Positions 1 to 8,744 of a DNA stretch of 33,041 bases are shown piece after piece. Every line of letters begins with the position of its first letter. Position 1 is the first letter of the stretch. Source of the stretch: Polaribacter sp. Lineage in GTDB: Bacteria; Bacteroidota; Bacteroidia; Flavobacteriales; Flavobacteriaceae. The stretch covers positions 1 through 33,041 of the forward strand of contig JAQWOW010000168.1 of assembly GCA_029245665.1 (NCBI GenBank), given 5' to 3'. The notes beneath the pieces were generated by a model, which was not told the origin of the DNA, searched no databases, and was given only the letters and a program-made list of their open reading frames with translations. Made by a program: the position numbers and the translations under genes.

Positions 1-2736
1 CCCTAGTAGTTTGCTTTCGTCAAAGTCAAAAGGATCAAAGTTAAAGGAGTTTCCAATTCTCTCTTGTTCATTCTCAACACTTAAAAAACTTTGATTGTAA
101 AATTTTGAAAGCACTTTTTTAATGCCTTTTTTGGAAGACCAAATTCTTGGATTTAAAGATAGAGACTGTGTTAGTTTTGCTCTTTGAGTAGCAATAAATT
201 GGATATTTGGTTTGGGCAAACGCAAATATTCTGCCTGATCCTGAAATTCTGCAATTTCAAATTCATCGAAATCTTTGATTCCGTCATTATTGTAATCAAT
301 CCAAGTGTAATATCCTAAACCAGGTTCTGTTTTTACATAAATATATTCTTGTCTAGACACGTTCCCTGAAGAGGTTTCATACACTGTTCCCAAATTGATA
401 AAACTATTAAATAGCTTCTGATTGTAGACAACTTTAGAGTTTAGAGATTTTTCAGAATTATTAGTAAACGTGTTTTCAGTAAGTCTATAATTTGCAAAAA
501 TATTTAAACTAGTTTGCTTGTTTTGAATTAATTTACTTTTTACATAGAATGTTTTTCTATTATTAATTTTTGTAAAAGTATTCAGTTTTATACTGTCATT
601 ACTTCTATAGTTAAAGCCAAATTTAGCAAAGACATTTGTGCTATCTCCAATTCCAAAATAGGCTTCATATTCTTTAAACCTGTGACTAGTATTGATATAC
701 TGCTGGGTATTATTATCTTTTCTACTATTGGTCTCAAAATTAAGAAAAGCGCCAACCCATTTTTTATTGAAATCTTGTTCCGCTTTCACTTTTGCAATTA
801 AAAAAGAGTTGTCTTCTGCTGTTGAAGTATTTTTTAAAAAGCTACTGTTTATTGAGAATAAAGTTTTTTTCATGGTTATTTTAGATTCTATTTCATGTTT
901 GTTACCTGAAAAAATATCTTTATAATTTAAGTTGTTAAATCGATATAAAATGGAACTATTTTTCTTGTTCTGAAGTGTTAATTCAGATTGAAAATAATTT
1001 TTAGTGGCATTATTTGTTAAAATGTTCCAATCTCGATTAAATTCAACAGGTTCCCAACCTTGTTCTGTTCTAAAATTTTGCTGAACATATTCATGAGAAA
1101 TCGTACTTTTTAATTGCCATTTTTTATCTATTAAAATCTGTTGCCATTTTAATTTTGAAGCAATTGCAAGATTGCCTCCATCATCTTTGGTAGAAAACAG
1201 ATTTGCATCATTATTACTGATTGCTATTTCTGAATTTACTTGCATTTTCTCGGTAAAATGGTAATTAGATTTTAAAATAAAAGTTTGTTGTTTGGTAGGT
1301 GGTGTTAGTCTAACAATTGGATTGTAATTTCCCAAATTTTCACCGACATAAACAAATACGTTTCCAAGAGCAGTGCTTCTATCTAATTTATAATCACCAC
1401 TATTTAAGCCTACATTTGTAAAGGTTACAAAATAGAGTTCATCATTTTCATTTTGTGAATATTCAAAAATGTTTGTTGAACCATTCATGACTTTTTTATA
1501 GAGTATTTTATTTTCATCATAAGTATCTATAAAAGCACTTTCTGCTGTCATTAAAGCACTATTGTTTCCGGCAGCAGCTAATTTATTTTTTTGAAGATCA
1601 GTTAAATTTTGCTGAAGAGGTTGATTTTTAGCATCACTTTCGCTATAAAAATACCCGCTAATATTTAATTTTTCACTTTTATAAACTGCTTCTTCATAGG
1701 TGAGAAATCGTGTGTAGTTTCTATCTGAATACTGAAACTCTACCGCTATTCTCATATCATTGGTAATGGGATAGGTAGTGTTGAATGTAATTTCAGCCAA
1801 ATTATAATCTATGGTATAGTCTTTGTTTTCACCGCGTTCTATTTGAATTCCGTTTATATACACTTTCTCGCTACCCGTAATAATTAATATTGCGGGTTCG
1901 TTACTTCTGCCATATATCTTATAGGGTCCTTGATTTCCTTCTTTACCAGTAACTTTGTACCTGTTAAATTTACCTCTAACAACTGCTCCAGAAGCTGCTA
2001 CTTTTAAATTTTTATTGACTTTTGCTTCTACTCTTAACCCTGCTATCTGTTTTGCAATAGGCATAAAGTAACTTTCTTGATTTTGAAGTGAAATATCTCC
2101 AGCTTTTATCCGCCAATTATCAGTATACATCTCTATAAAAATTCGATCGAAATCAGTAAATTTTTGAGAATATCCGTTTTCTTGAATGGGTATATTTGTA
2201 TCAAAAATATTGGCTCTTAAGGAAACATCTTTCGATATTTTTCCCGAGATTTCTAAATCTAATGCTGCATTTGTTACTGTATTTTGGTTGTTTCCCGATG
2301 TAATTCCTCTGCTGATGAAACCCTTGGTTTGTAGTCCTTCAAATAATTTTATTTCTGAAGTTTTTTTGTTGGTTGTTAAGCTATATAATTTCCCGGTATT
2401 TGAACCATTGGCAATGATCAATTTTTCATCAAACGGAGTGTAAGTTTTTGTAATAAAATGTGGAAGCTTAAAGTACTTTACAGTAATTTTAGCGTATTTT
2501 TTTGAGTTGATTATTAATATAGCATTGCTAAAGTCGACGTTGTATTCAGATTTAGGGATTACCTCTGAGGAAGTATTGAAAACTTTAAATTTATAAGGAT
2601 TGATTGCAACAGAATCTAATGGAACCGTATCTTTTTCAATAAAAATAGTTTTCACTCTGAAATCTTTAGATATAGTTTGAGATTGGATCGAAAATCCAAA
2701 AGTTAAAAACAATAAAAAAAGAAACCTTTTTTGCAT
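1..2736 (-). CDS. Large exported, probably outer-membrane, uncharacterised Bacteroidota protein; partial (runs off the left edge, >=912 codons)
   Basis: Not in the ORF track. I read the frame by hand: ATG at 2736 and no stop down to position 1. Signal-peptide-like N-terminus MQKRFLFLLFLTFGFSIQSQ; motifs GFISRGITSGNNQ, EGNQGPYK, GSEKVYINGIQIERGENKDYTIDYNLAEITF, EFNRDWN, YTWIDYNNDGIKDFDEFEIA; many amphipathic beta-strand-like segments. Confidence 0.9.
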   Translation of the reverse strand, partial: MQKRFLFLLFLTFGFSIQSQTISKDFRVKTIFIEKDTVPLDSVAINPYKFKVFNTSSEVIPKSEYNVDFSNAILIINSKKYAKITVKYFKLPHFITKTYTPFDEKLIIANGSNTGKLYSLTTNKKTSEIKLFEGLQTKGFISRGITSGNNQNTVTNAALDLEISGKISKDVSLRANIFDTNIPIQENGYSQKFTDFDRIFIEMYTDNWRIKAGDISLQNQESYFMPIAKQIAGLRVEAKVNKNLKVAASGAVVRGKFNRYKVTGKEGNQGPYKIYGRSNEPAILIITGSEKVYINGIQIERGENKDYTIDYNLAEITFNTTYPITNDMRIAVEFQYSDRNYTRFLTYEEAVYKSEKLNISGYFYSESDAKNQPLQQNLTDLQKNKLAAAGNNSALMTAESAFIDTYDENKILYKKVMNGSTNIFEYSQNENDELYFVTFTNVGLNSGDYKLDRSTALGNVFVYVGENLGNYNPIVRLTPPTKQQTFILKSNYHFTEKMQVNSEIAISNNDANLFSTKDDGGNLAIASKLKWQQILIDKKWQLKSTISHEYVQQNFRTEQGWEPVEFNRDWNILTNNATKNYFQSELTLQNKKNSSILYRFNNLNYKDIFSGNKHEIESKITMKKTLFSINSSFLKNTSTAEDNSFLIAKVKAEQDFNKKWVGAFLNFETNSRKDNNTQQYINTSHRFKEYEAYFGIGDSTNVFAKFGFNYRSNDSIKLNTFTKINNRKTFYVKSKLIQNKQTSLNIFANYRLTENTFTNNSEKSLNSKVVYNQKLFNSFINLGTVYETSSGNVSRQEYIYVKTEPGLGYYTWIDYNNDGIKDFDEFEIAEFQDQAEYLRLPKPNIQFIATQRAKLTQSLSLNPRIWSSKKGIKKVLSKFYNQSFLSVENEQERIGNSFNFDPFDFDESKLLG

Positions 2737-2795
2737 ATATACTATACGTATAGAACGTAAAAATAGTTTTTTAATATGTTAAAAAATTTATATTT

Positions 2796-3290
2796 TTAAA
2801 AAAGAGATTGTTGTTTTACTGGGTTTTCATGAGCTAATAACCATTTTTTTCTCCAAATTCCGCCAGCATACCCTGTTAAAGATCCATCGGAACCAATAAC
2901 TCTATGACAAGGAATTATAATCCAAAGTGGGTTTTTACCATTTGCAGAAGCAACTGCTCTTAGTGCCTTCACGTCACCCAAAGCTTTACTTTGTTCTAAA
3001 TAACTGGTTGTTTTACCGTAAGGAATTTTTAATAATTCTTTCCATACTTTTACTTGAAACGAGGTCCCTTTCGGATTTACAATCAAATTAAAACTTGCTC
3101 TTTCTCCTTTGAAATATTCTTTTAATTGAGAAACACATTCTTGCAAACACTCTGGGGTATCCATAGGTAGCTTTTCACCAGAAATAATATCGTCATCTAT
3201 GATAGAAACCTCCTGAACTCCATTTTTATCTCCAATAATTTTTGCAATACCAATGGGTGTTTTGCAATATGTAGTTTGTGCAGTTGTCAT
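2796..3290 (-). CDS. ogt: Methylated-DNA--protein-cysteine S-methyltransferase
   Basis: Active-site IPCHRV, plus GTSFQVKVW, IPYGKTTSY and LTGYAGG motifs. Confidence 0.95.
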   Translation of the reverse strand: MTTAQTTYCKTPIGIAKIIGDKNGVQEVSIIDDDIISGEKLPMDTPECLQECVSQLKEYFKGERASFNLIVNPKGTSFQVKVWKELLKIPYGKTTSYLEQSKALGDVKALRAVASANGKNPLWIIIPCHRVIGSDGSLTGYAGGIWRKKWLLAHENPVKQQSLF

Positions 3291-4054
3291 TATATTTTAA
3301 AAACATCTTTCGAATTCTGAGTTGTAATTTCTGCAATTTCTTTGAAAGAAACTTGATAAATATCTACCAATTTATCAATGATATTTGTAATGTAAGAACT
3401 TTCGTTTCTTTTTCCTCTAAAAGGTGAGGGAGCTAAATATGGAGCATCGGTCTCTAATACAATATGTTTTAAATCTATTTCATGTAAAAATGTATCAATT
3501 TTTCCATTTTTAAAAGTAGCAACTCCACCAATTCCTAATTTCATATTGTATCTAATTGCTTTTTCAGCTTGCTCTTTTGTTCCAGTAAAACAGTGAAAAA
3601 TTCCATATAAGTCTTTCCCTTTCTCAGATTCTAACACTTCAAAAACTTCATCAAAAGCATCTCTACAATGAATAACAATAGGGAGGTTCTTTTCTTTTGC
3701 CCACTGTATTTGTGTTTTAAAAGCCTCTTGTTGTTGCGCTAAGAAACTTTGATCCCAATACAAATCGATTCCAATTTCGCCGATAGCAACAAATTCTTTT
3801 TTATCTATCCATTCTTTGACATGCGCCAATTCTTCTATATAATTATCTTTTACAGAAGTTGGATGCAAGCCCATCATTAAAAAGACATCAGCAGGGAAAT
3901 CTTTTTCTAGTTTCAGCATACTTTCTGTGTAAGAAGAATCTATTGCAGGAATAAAAAATCTTGAAACCCCTGCATTTTTTGCACGTTGAATCATTGCTGC
4001 TTGGTCTTCGTTAAACGCACTAGAATATAAATGAGTGTGAGTGTCTGTAATCAT
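3290..4054 (-). CDS. tatD: TatD family metallo-hydrolase/DNase
   Basis: DTHTH, GLHP, AIGEIGID, IHCRDA, FHCFTG, LETDAPY. Start moved to the ATG at 4054 (MITDTHTH). Its stop overlaps the ogt start (TAATG). Confidence 0.93.
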   Translation of the reverse strand: MITDTHTHLYSSAFNEDQAAMIQRAKNAGVSRFFIPAIDSSYTESMLKLEKDFPADVFLMMGLHPTSVKDNYIEELAHVKEWIDKKEFVAIGEIGIDLYWDQSFLAQQQEAFKTQIQWAKEKNLPIVIHCRDAFDEVFEVLESEKGKDLYGIFHCFTGTKEQAEKAIRYNMKLGIGGVATFKNGKIDTFLHEIDLKHIVLETDAPYLAPSPFRGKRNESSYITNIIDKLVDIYQVSFKEIAEITTQNSKDVFKI

Positions 4055-4075
4055 TTGGTATATAAATTTCAAATG

Positions 4076-4083
4076 CAAAATTA
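4076..4083 (-). promoter_or_regulatory. Bacteroidota -7 promoter element (TAATTTTG) for tatD-ogt
   Basis: Exact match to TAnnTTTG about 22 nt upstream of the tatD start. Confidence 0.6.
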
Positions 4084-4131
4084 CTAAATATTCTTGCTGG
4101 AAATAGGTATTGCTTCTCGTTTTATAAAATG

Positions 4132-4139
4132 TACCTTTG
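4132..4139 (+). promoter_or_regulatory. Bacteroidota -7 promoter element (TACCTTTG) for the DEAD-box helicase
   Basis: Exact TAnnTTTG match about 16 nt before the ATG at 4156; supports 4156 rather than 4129 as the start. Confidence 0.65.
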
Positions 4140-4155
4140 CAAAAAAATAGTAAGA

Positions 4156-5505
4156 ATGACTTTTGAAGATTTAGGAATCTCTAATCAGTTACAATATGCG
4201 ATTGATGATTTGGGTTTTGTGAATGCAACACCCATTCAAGAACAGGCATTTTCTGTGGTAAGATCAGGGAGAGATGTTGTAGGAATTGCGCAAACAGGAA
4301 CAGGTAAAACCTTTGCGTATATGTTGCCTATTTTGCAGGACTTACCATTTTCTAAGCAACAACACCCAAGAGTACTGGTATTGGTGCCTACTCGTGAGTT
4401 GGTTTTGCAAGTAGTTCATGAAATTGAAAAACTATCAAAGTATATTAACACTCGTGTTTTAGGCGTGTATGGTGGTGCAAATATAAATACTCAAAAACAA
4501 TCAATTTTACAAGGGCAAGATATTATTGTTGCCACTCCAGGTCGCCTTTATGATTTGGCTTTGAGTAATGCTTTAAAATTAAAGTCCATTCAGAAGTTAG
4601 TGATTGATGAAGTTGATGTAATGTTAGATTTAGGGTTTCGCTTTCAGTTGATGAATATTTTTGATGTGATTCCTGAAAGAAGACAAAACGTTTTATTTTC
4701 GGCGACCATGACAGAAGATGTAGATGCATTAATTTATGATTTCTTTAAAAATCCTACCAAAATATCTGTAGCAGTTAGTGGAACACCACTAGATAATATA
4801 GAACAAGTTTCTTACCACATTCCTAACTTTTTTACCAAAGTTAATTTATTGAATCATCTTTTAAAAGACAAGCAAACTTTTCATAAAGTATTAATTTTTG
4901 TTGGGTTTAAAAGAAGTGCAGACTTGCTTTTTAAACATTTAGAAGTAGTTTTTGGAAGTGAAACTTGTGTGATTCACTCTAATAAAACACAGAATTACAG
5001 AATACGTTCTATCAGACAATTTGATGCGGGAAATAACCGAATTTTAGTGGCTACAGACGTAATGGCTCGTGGGTTGGATTTTGATGAAGTTTCTCATGTT
5101 ATCAATTTTGATACACCAGATTTTCCTGAAAACTATATGCACAGGATTGGTAGAACTGGTCGTGCAGAGAAAGCAGGAAAGACACTCCTTTTTTCAACAC
5201 AAAAAGAACGAGAGGCGAAAGCAAAAATTCAAGATTTAATGGATTATGAAATTCCTGTTTTAGAGCTTCCTGAAGAAGTTGAGATTTCTAAATTATTAAC
5301 GGAAGACGAACGCCCGAGAGAAGATCAAGGGATTTCTAAAAATAGAACTTCTTTAGAATATGTTCCAGGACCCGCTTTTCATGAAAAAAGTGAAAAAAAT
5401 AGTAAAACCAATCAAGGAGGGTCTTACAGAAGGGAAATTGCAAAAAAATACAAGAAACCAAAAACAAGAGGAGACAAGAATTATAACCGTAGAAATAAGA
5501 AATAA
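4156..5505 (+). CDS. DEAD/DEAH-box RNA helicase (DEVD variant)
   Basis: Q motif TPIQ, AQTGTGKT, PTREL, TPGRL, DEVD, SAT, ARGLD, HRIGRTGR; basic C-terminal tail. Confidence 0.95.
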   Translation: MTFEDLGISNQLQYAIDDLGFVNATPIQEQAFSVVRSGRDVVGIAQTGTGKTFAYMLPILQDLPFSKQQHPRVLVLVPTRELVLQVVHEIEKLSKYINTRVLGVYGGANINTQKQSILQGQDIIVATPGRLYDLALSNALKLKSIQKLVIDEVDVMLDLGFRFQLMNIFDVIPERRQNVLFSATMTEDVDALIYDFFKNPTKISVAVSGTPLDNIEQVSYHIPNFFTKVNLLNHLLKDKQTFHKVLIFVGFKRSADLLFKHLEVVFGSETCVIHSNKTQNYRIRSIRQFDAGNNRILVATDVMARGLDFDEVSHVINFDTPDFPENYMHRIGRTGRAEKAGKTLLFSTQKEREAKAKIQDLMDYEIPVLELPEEVEISKLLTEDERPREDQGISKNRTSLEYVPGPAFHEKSEKNSKTNQGGSYRREIAKKYKKPKTRGDKNYNRRNKK

Positions 5506-5507
5506 CA

Positions 5508-5873
5508 ATGCAAATTTTAACAGCGCAAGAATTGCACAACTTGGCAATGAATATTGTTGGTGAGAAGCTCCGTGAAATGGGCTATGAATTCCAGGCAATA
5601 AATAGTCAGTTAAAAAGACATCCTCAGTTTGTTTTATTCAAAAAAGGAGAACCAACTATTTTTGTACTAGTAAAAGCAACTAATAATATTCAAAATTCAA
5701 ACGAATATGATGTACTTTGGATGGAAACTTTTAAAAACCATGCCAAAAAACAAAACGCAAAAGTTTGGTTTGCAGGTGTAGGAATCGCAAATGCAGAAAG
5801 TGTTGAAAGTCCTGTTTTTAAAGATCAACCTTATTATGTTGCGTTTGAAAATTTCATTAAAATTATAGAGTAG
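5508..5873 (+). CDS. Hypothetical protein, possibly a degenerate PD-(D/E)xK/YraN-like fold
   Basis: 121-aa ORF starting 2 nt after the helicase stop and followed by a terminator; see findings for the pattern. Confidence 0.8.
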   Translation: MQILTAQELHNLAMNIVGEKLREMGYEFQAINSQLKRHPQFVLFKKGEPTIFVLVKATNNIQNSNEYDVLWMETFKNHAKKQNAKVWFAGVGIANAESVESPVFKDQPYYVAFENFIKIIE

Positions 5874-5927
5874 GTTCTGTTGAATAATTTTTTTTAGTAA
5901 AGTCAGAACTTTACTTTCTAGTGAATA

Positions 5928-5960
5928 CAAAAAAACCACTCAAAAAGAGTGGTTTTTTTG
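5928..5960. terminator. Bidirectional intrinsic terminator
   Basis: Perfect 14-bp inverted repeat CAAAAAAACCACTC-aaaaa-GAGTGGTTTTTTTG with T-tracts on both strands, between convergent genes. Confidence 0.9.
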
Positions 5961-5977
5961 TGTGAAAAAATGTAGGA

Positions 5978-6826
5978 TTATTTAGAAGCATCTTGCTCTA
6001 ATAAATCGAAAAACTGATTTAATTTAGGCATGATAATAATTTTTGTTCTTCTGTTTTTGGCCTTATTTTGTGGTGTGTTATTTTCCGCTAAAGGAACATA
6101 TTGACTTCTCCCTGCTGCAATTAATCGATTTGGCTGAACACCAAATTTATATTGTAAAATTCGTGTAATTGAAGTTGCTCTTAAAGCAGATAAATCCCAA
6201 TTGTCTTGAATGATGTTTCTTTTAATTGGAGTCGCGTCTGTATGGCCTTCAATCATCACTTCCATTTCAGGCTGATCGTTTATAACTTTCGCAATTTTTT
6301 CTAAAATTGTATATGCATTGTCTGTTACATTATAACTTCCACTTTTAAATAACAGTTTGTCTGATATGGATATAAATACCACCGTTTTTTCAACATTTAC
6401 TTCAATATCTTTGTCTTGAATACCGTCTGTTAAATTTTGAGTTAAGTGATATTTAATAGCAAGGTTTAATGAGTCTTTTTGAGTCATTGCTTCTCTCACT
6501 CCATTGATATATTTGTCTTTCTCACTTAGTTGAGAAATAACATTTTTGATATTATCTGATGATGACTGTGTTAAAACAGTTAAATTTTCAACTTGTTTTA
6601 AAGCCGTTTTTTTATCTTCTTTTAATGCTTTTACTTGTTCTGTTAAAGTGAAAACTTTAGTGTCTTCTTTTTCTTTTTCGATGATACACTTTTGCAAATT
6701 AGTTTTTACATTTAGCAATTCTGTTTTAGTTTCATCATGCTTAGCTTGTAAAGCAACCAATTTTTTTTTTGCAACACACGAGCTCACTAAAATACCGGTT
6801 AATAAAAGTAGTGATGTTTTTTTCAT
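5978..6826 (-). CDS. OmpA/MotB-family peptidoglycan-binding lipoprotein with coiled-coil linker
   Basis: Lipobox LVSSC after MKKTSLLLL (start 6826); coiled coil; LLFKSGS, IEGHTD, NWDLSALRA, KNRRTKIII motifs. Confidence 0.9.
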   Translation of the reverse strand: MKKTSLLLLTGILVSSCVAKKKLVALQAKHDETKTELLNVKTNLQKCIIEKEKEDTKVFTLTEQVKALKEDKKTALKQVENLTVLTQSSSDNIKNVISQLSEKDKYINGVREAMTQKDSLNLAIKYHLTQNLTDGIQDKDIEVNVEKTVVFISISDKLLFKSGSYNVTDNAYTILEKIAKVINDQPEMEVMIEGHTDATPIKRNIIQDNWDLSALRATSITRILQYKFGVQPNRLIAAGRSQYVPLAENNTPQNKAKNRRTKIIIMPKLNQFFDLLEQDASK

Positions 6827-6852
6827 TTTTTTTAGTATTAAATTTAACACCC

Positions 6853-6860
6853 CAAATTTA
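6853..6860 (-). promoter_or_regulatory. -7 element (TAAATTTG) for the OmpA/MotB gene
   Basis: Exact TAnnTTTG match about 27 nt upstream of the ATG at 6826. Confidence 0.55.
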
Positions 6861-6916
6861 GTAAATTGTATCTACAAAAAGAACGATTAATCATACTTTG
6901 TGAAAATTTTATATAT

Positions 6917-6924
6917 TATTTTTG
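6917..6924 (+). promoter_or_regulatory. -7 element (TATTTTTG) for apbE
   Basis: Exact TAnnTTTG match about 19 nt upstream of the ATG at 6944. Confidence 0.5.
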
Positions 6925-6943
6925 TCACTAAATTTTAAATGCA

Positions 6944-7936
6944 ATGTTTTTAAAAAAATACGCACCATTTATTATTATTCTATTAATTATTTTTTCTTGT
7001 TCTAAAGAAGCACAGAAGAGAAATTATACTTTAAAGGGATCTGTCTTTGGAACTTCATATAAAATAGTATATTTAAATGCTTCAAAAAACTATCAGAATT
7101 CTATAGATAGCTTATTTTTTCTAATGAATACTTCCTTGTCTACTTATATTCCTGTTTCGGGTATTTCTAAAATCAATAAAGGAGATACAACGGTTGTTGT
7201 TGATGATTTATTTTTAGAAGTTTTTGAAAAATCAAAAAAAATACATGGGGAAACGGATGGCTATTTTGATCCAACTGTTGGGAATCTAGTGAACGCTTGG
7301 GGGTTTGGCCCGAAAAAAGAAAAGAAAAATTTAACCGATTTAGAAGTAAAAGATCAAATGCAATTTGTAGGTTTGGAAAAGGTCGAAATAAAAAATAGAA
7401 AAGTTTTTAAAGAATTTCCTCAAATTTATTTAGATTTTAATTCTATTGCAAAAGGTTTTGGAATTGATGTTCTCGCTCGTTTTTTAAACAGTAAAAAAGT
7501 AAACAATTATTTAATTGAAATAGGAGGTGAAATTCGTACCAAAGGAACCAAAATGGACAATGTTCCTTGGGCTATAAAATTAGTTGATCCAATCGAAAAA
7601 GATCAATTTGATGGGTATAAAAATATAAACTTGTCTAATAAATCTATGGCTACATCTGGTAATTACAGAAAGTATAGATACTCCGAATCTGGACAAAAAT
7701 TTGTTCATACAATAAATCCAAAAACGGGCAAAGCTACAGAAAGCAATTTGTTAAGTGCTTCTGTAATTGCAAACCTAGATTGCGCTGATGTAGATGCTTA
7801 TGCAACAGCCTTTATGGCCATGGGCTTAAAAAAAACCATAGAATTTTTAGGGAAGCACAAAAATATAGATGCTATTTTATTGTTTACAGATGAAGAGGGT
7901 CATTTGAAAGAGTACAATACAACTACCTTTAACTAG
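6944..7936 (+). CDS. apbE: FAD:protein FMN transferase lipoprotein
   Basis: Lipobox IFSC; DGYFDPTVG, DFNSIAKG, EIGGE, ATSGNYRKY, HTINPKTG, DAYATA. Confidence 0.93.
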   Translation: MFLKKYAPFIIILLIIFSCSKEAQKRNYTLKGSVFGTSYKIVYLNASKNYQNSIDSLFFLMNTSLSTYIPVSGISKINKGDTTVVVDDLFLEVFEKSKKIHGETDGYFDPTVGNLVNAWGFGPKKEKKNLTDLEVKDQMQFVGLEKVEIKNRKVFKEFPQIYLDFNSIAKGFGIDVLARFLNSKKVNNYLIEIGGEIRTKGTKMDNVPWAIKLVDPIEKDQFDGYKNINLSNKSMATSGNYRKYRYSESGQKFVHTINPKTGKATESNLLSASVIANLDCADVDAYATAFMAMGLKKTIEFLGKHKNIDAILLFTDEEGHLKEYNTTTFN

Positions 7937-7967
7937 TTTTTATTTCGATTTCATTGAAGAATTATTT

Positions 7968-8738
7968 TTACTTTTTGTAACAGACAGGGAGAATTTCATT
8001 TTTCATTAAGCAAAAACGATCTAGTTCTTTTGAAGAAATTTTTTGTGAATATTCAATTTCATCAACTTTAAACCCCACAGAACGAAGTTTGTCAAAATAA
8101 TCTCTACCATAAACCCTTACGTGGTCATACTGTCCAAATATTTTAGTACGTTCTTCTTTATTTGTAATAGCATCATCTTCAAAGGTTTTTTGTCTTGATA
8201 AATCTTGGGGTATTTGAAAAATGCCAAACCCCTCTTTTTTTAAAACTCTAAATAATTCTTGCATTGCTTTTTTATCATCAACAATATGCTCTAATACATG
8301 ATTGCAAAAAACAACATCAAATGACTGATCTTCAAATGGTAGGTTGCAAATATCCGCCTTTACATCTGCAATAGGAGATTCTAAATCTGAAGTAACGTAG
8401 TCGAGGTTCTTTTGTTTTTTAAAGAGATCTAAAAAACATTGTTCCGGAGCAATGTGTAAAGTTTTTAGTTTTTTTTTGGAAGTAAAAAAAGAAGTTTCAT
8501 TTTTTAAAAACAACCACATTAATCGGTGTCTTTCTAGAGACAGCGTTGATGGAGACAGCGCATTTTTTCGCTGATTTTCATAACCATAGGGTAAAAACCT
8601 ACGAAAAGACTTCCCATCTATTGGATCTGTATAGGTATCTCCTTTTAAAAGGAGCGCAATGATTGGCCTTGCTATGTAGCTAGCTTTTATCAACCAAGGT
8701 CTTGGAATTGTATTTAATATGTATTTAAATAGTAACAC
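7968..8738 (-). CDS. Class I SAM-dependent methyltransferase
   Basis: LHIAPE, DICNLPFEDQSFDVVFCNHVLEH, ELFRVLK, GQYDHVRVYG; GTG start. Confidence 0.85.
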   Translation of the reverse strand: MLLFKYILNTIPRPWLIKASYIARPIIALLLKGDTYTDPIDGKSFRRFLPYGYENQRKNALSPSTLSLERHRLMWLFLKNETSFFTSKKKLKTLHIAPEQCFLDLFKKQKNLDYVTSDLESPIADVKADICNLPFEDQSFDVVFCNHVLEHIVDDKKAMQELFRVLKKEGFGIFQIPQDLSRQKTFEDDAITNKEERTKIFGQYDHVRVYGRDYFDKLRSVGFKVDEIEYSQKISSKELDRFCLMKNEILPVCYKK

Positions 8739-8744
8739 AAATTT

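Noticed and set aside
692-2443. Plus-strand ORFs 692..925 and 2186..2443
   Set aside because: Antisense shadows of the long minus-strand CDS 1..2736.
2796-5873. TatD, helicase and nuclease-like ORF as an anti-phage system
   Set aside because: TatD and the helicase are ordinary housekeeping types on divergent transcripts, and the small ORF lacks catalytic residues.
5896-5915. 8-bp hairpin AGTAAAGT-caga-ACTTTACT
   Set aside because: Weak AT-rich stem in a 3' UTR beside a much stronger terminator; no function can be supported.
5978-6826. Flagellar motor gene motB
   Set aside because: It has a lipobox rather than the Asp-containing TM helix, and no motA or flagellar genes are present.
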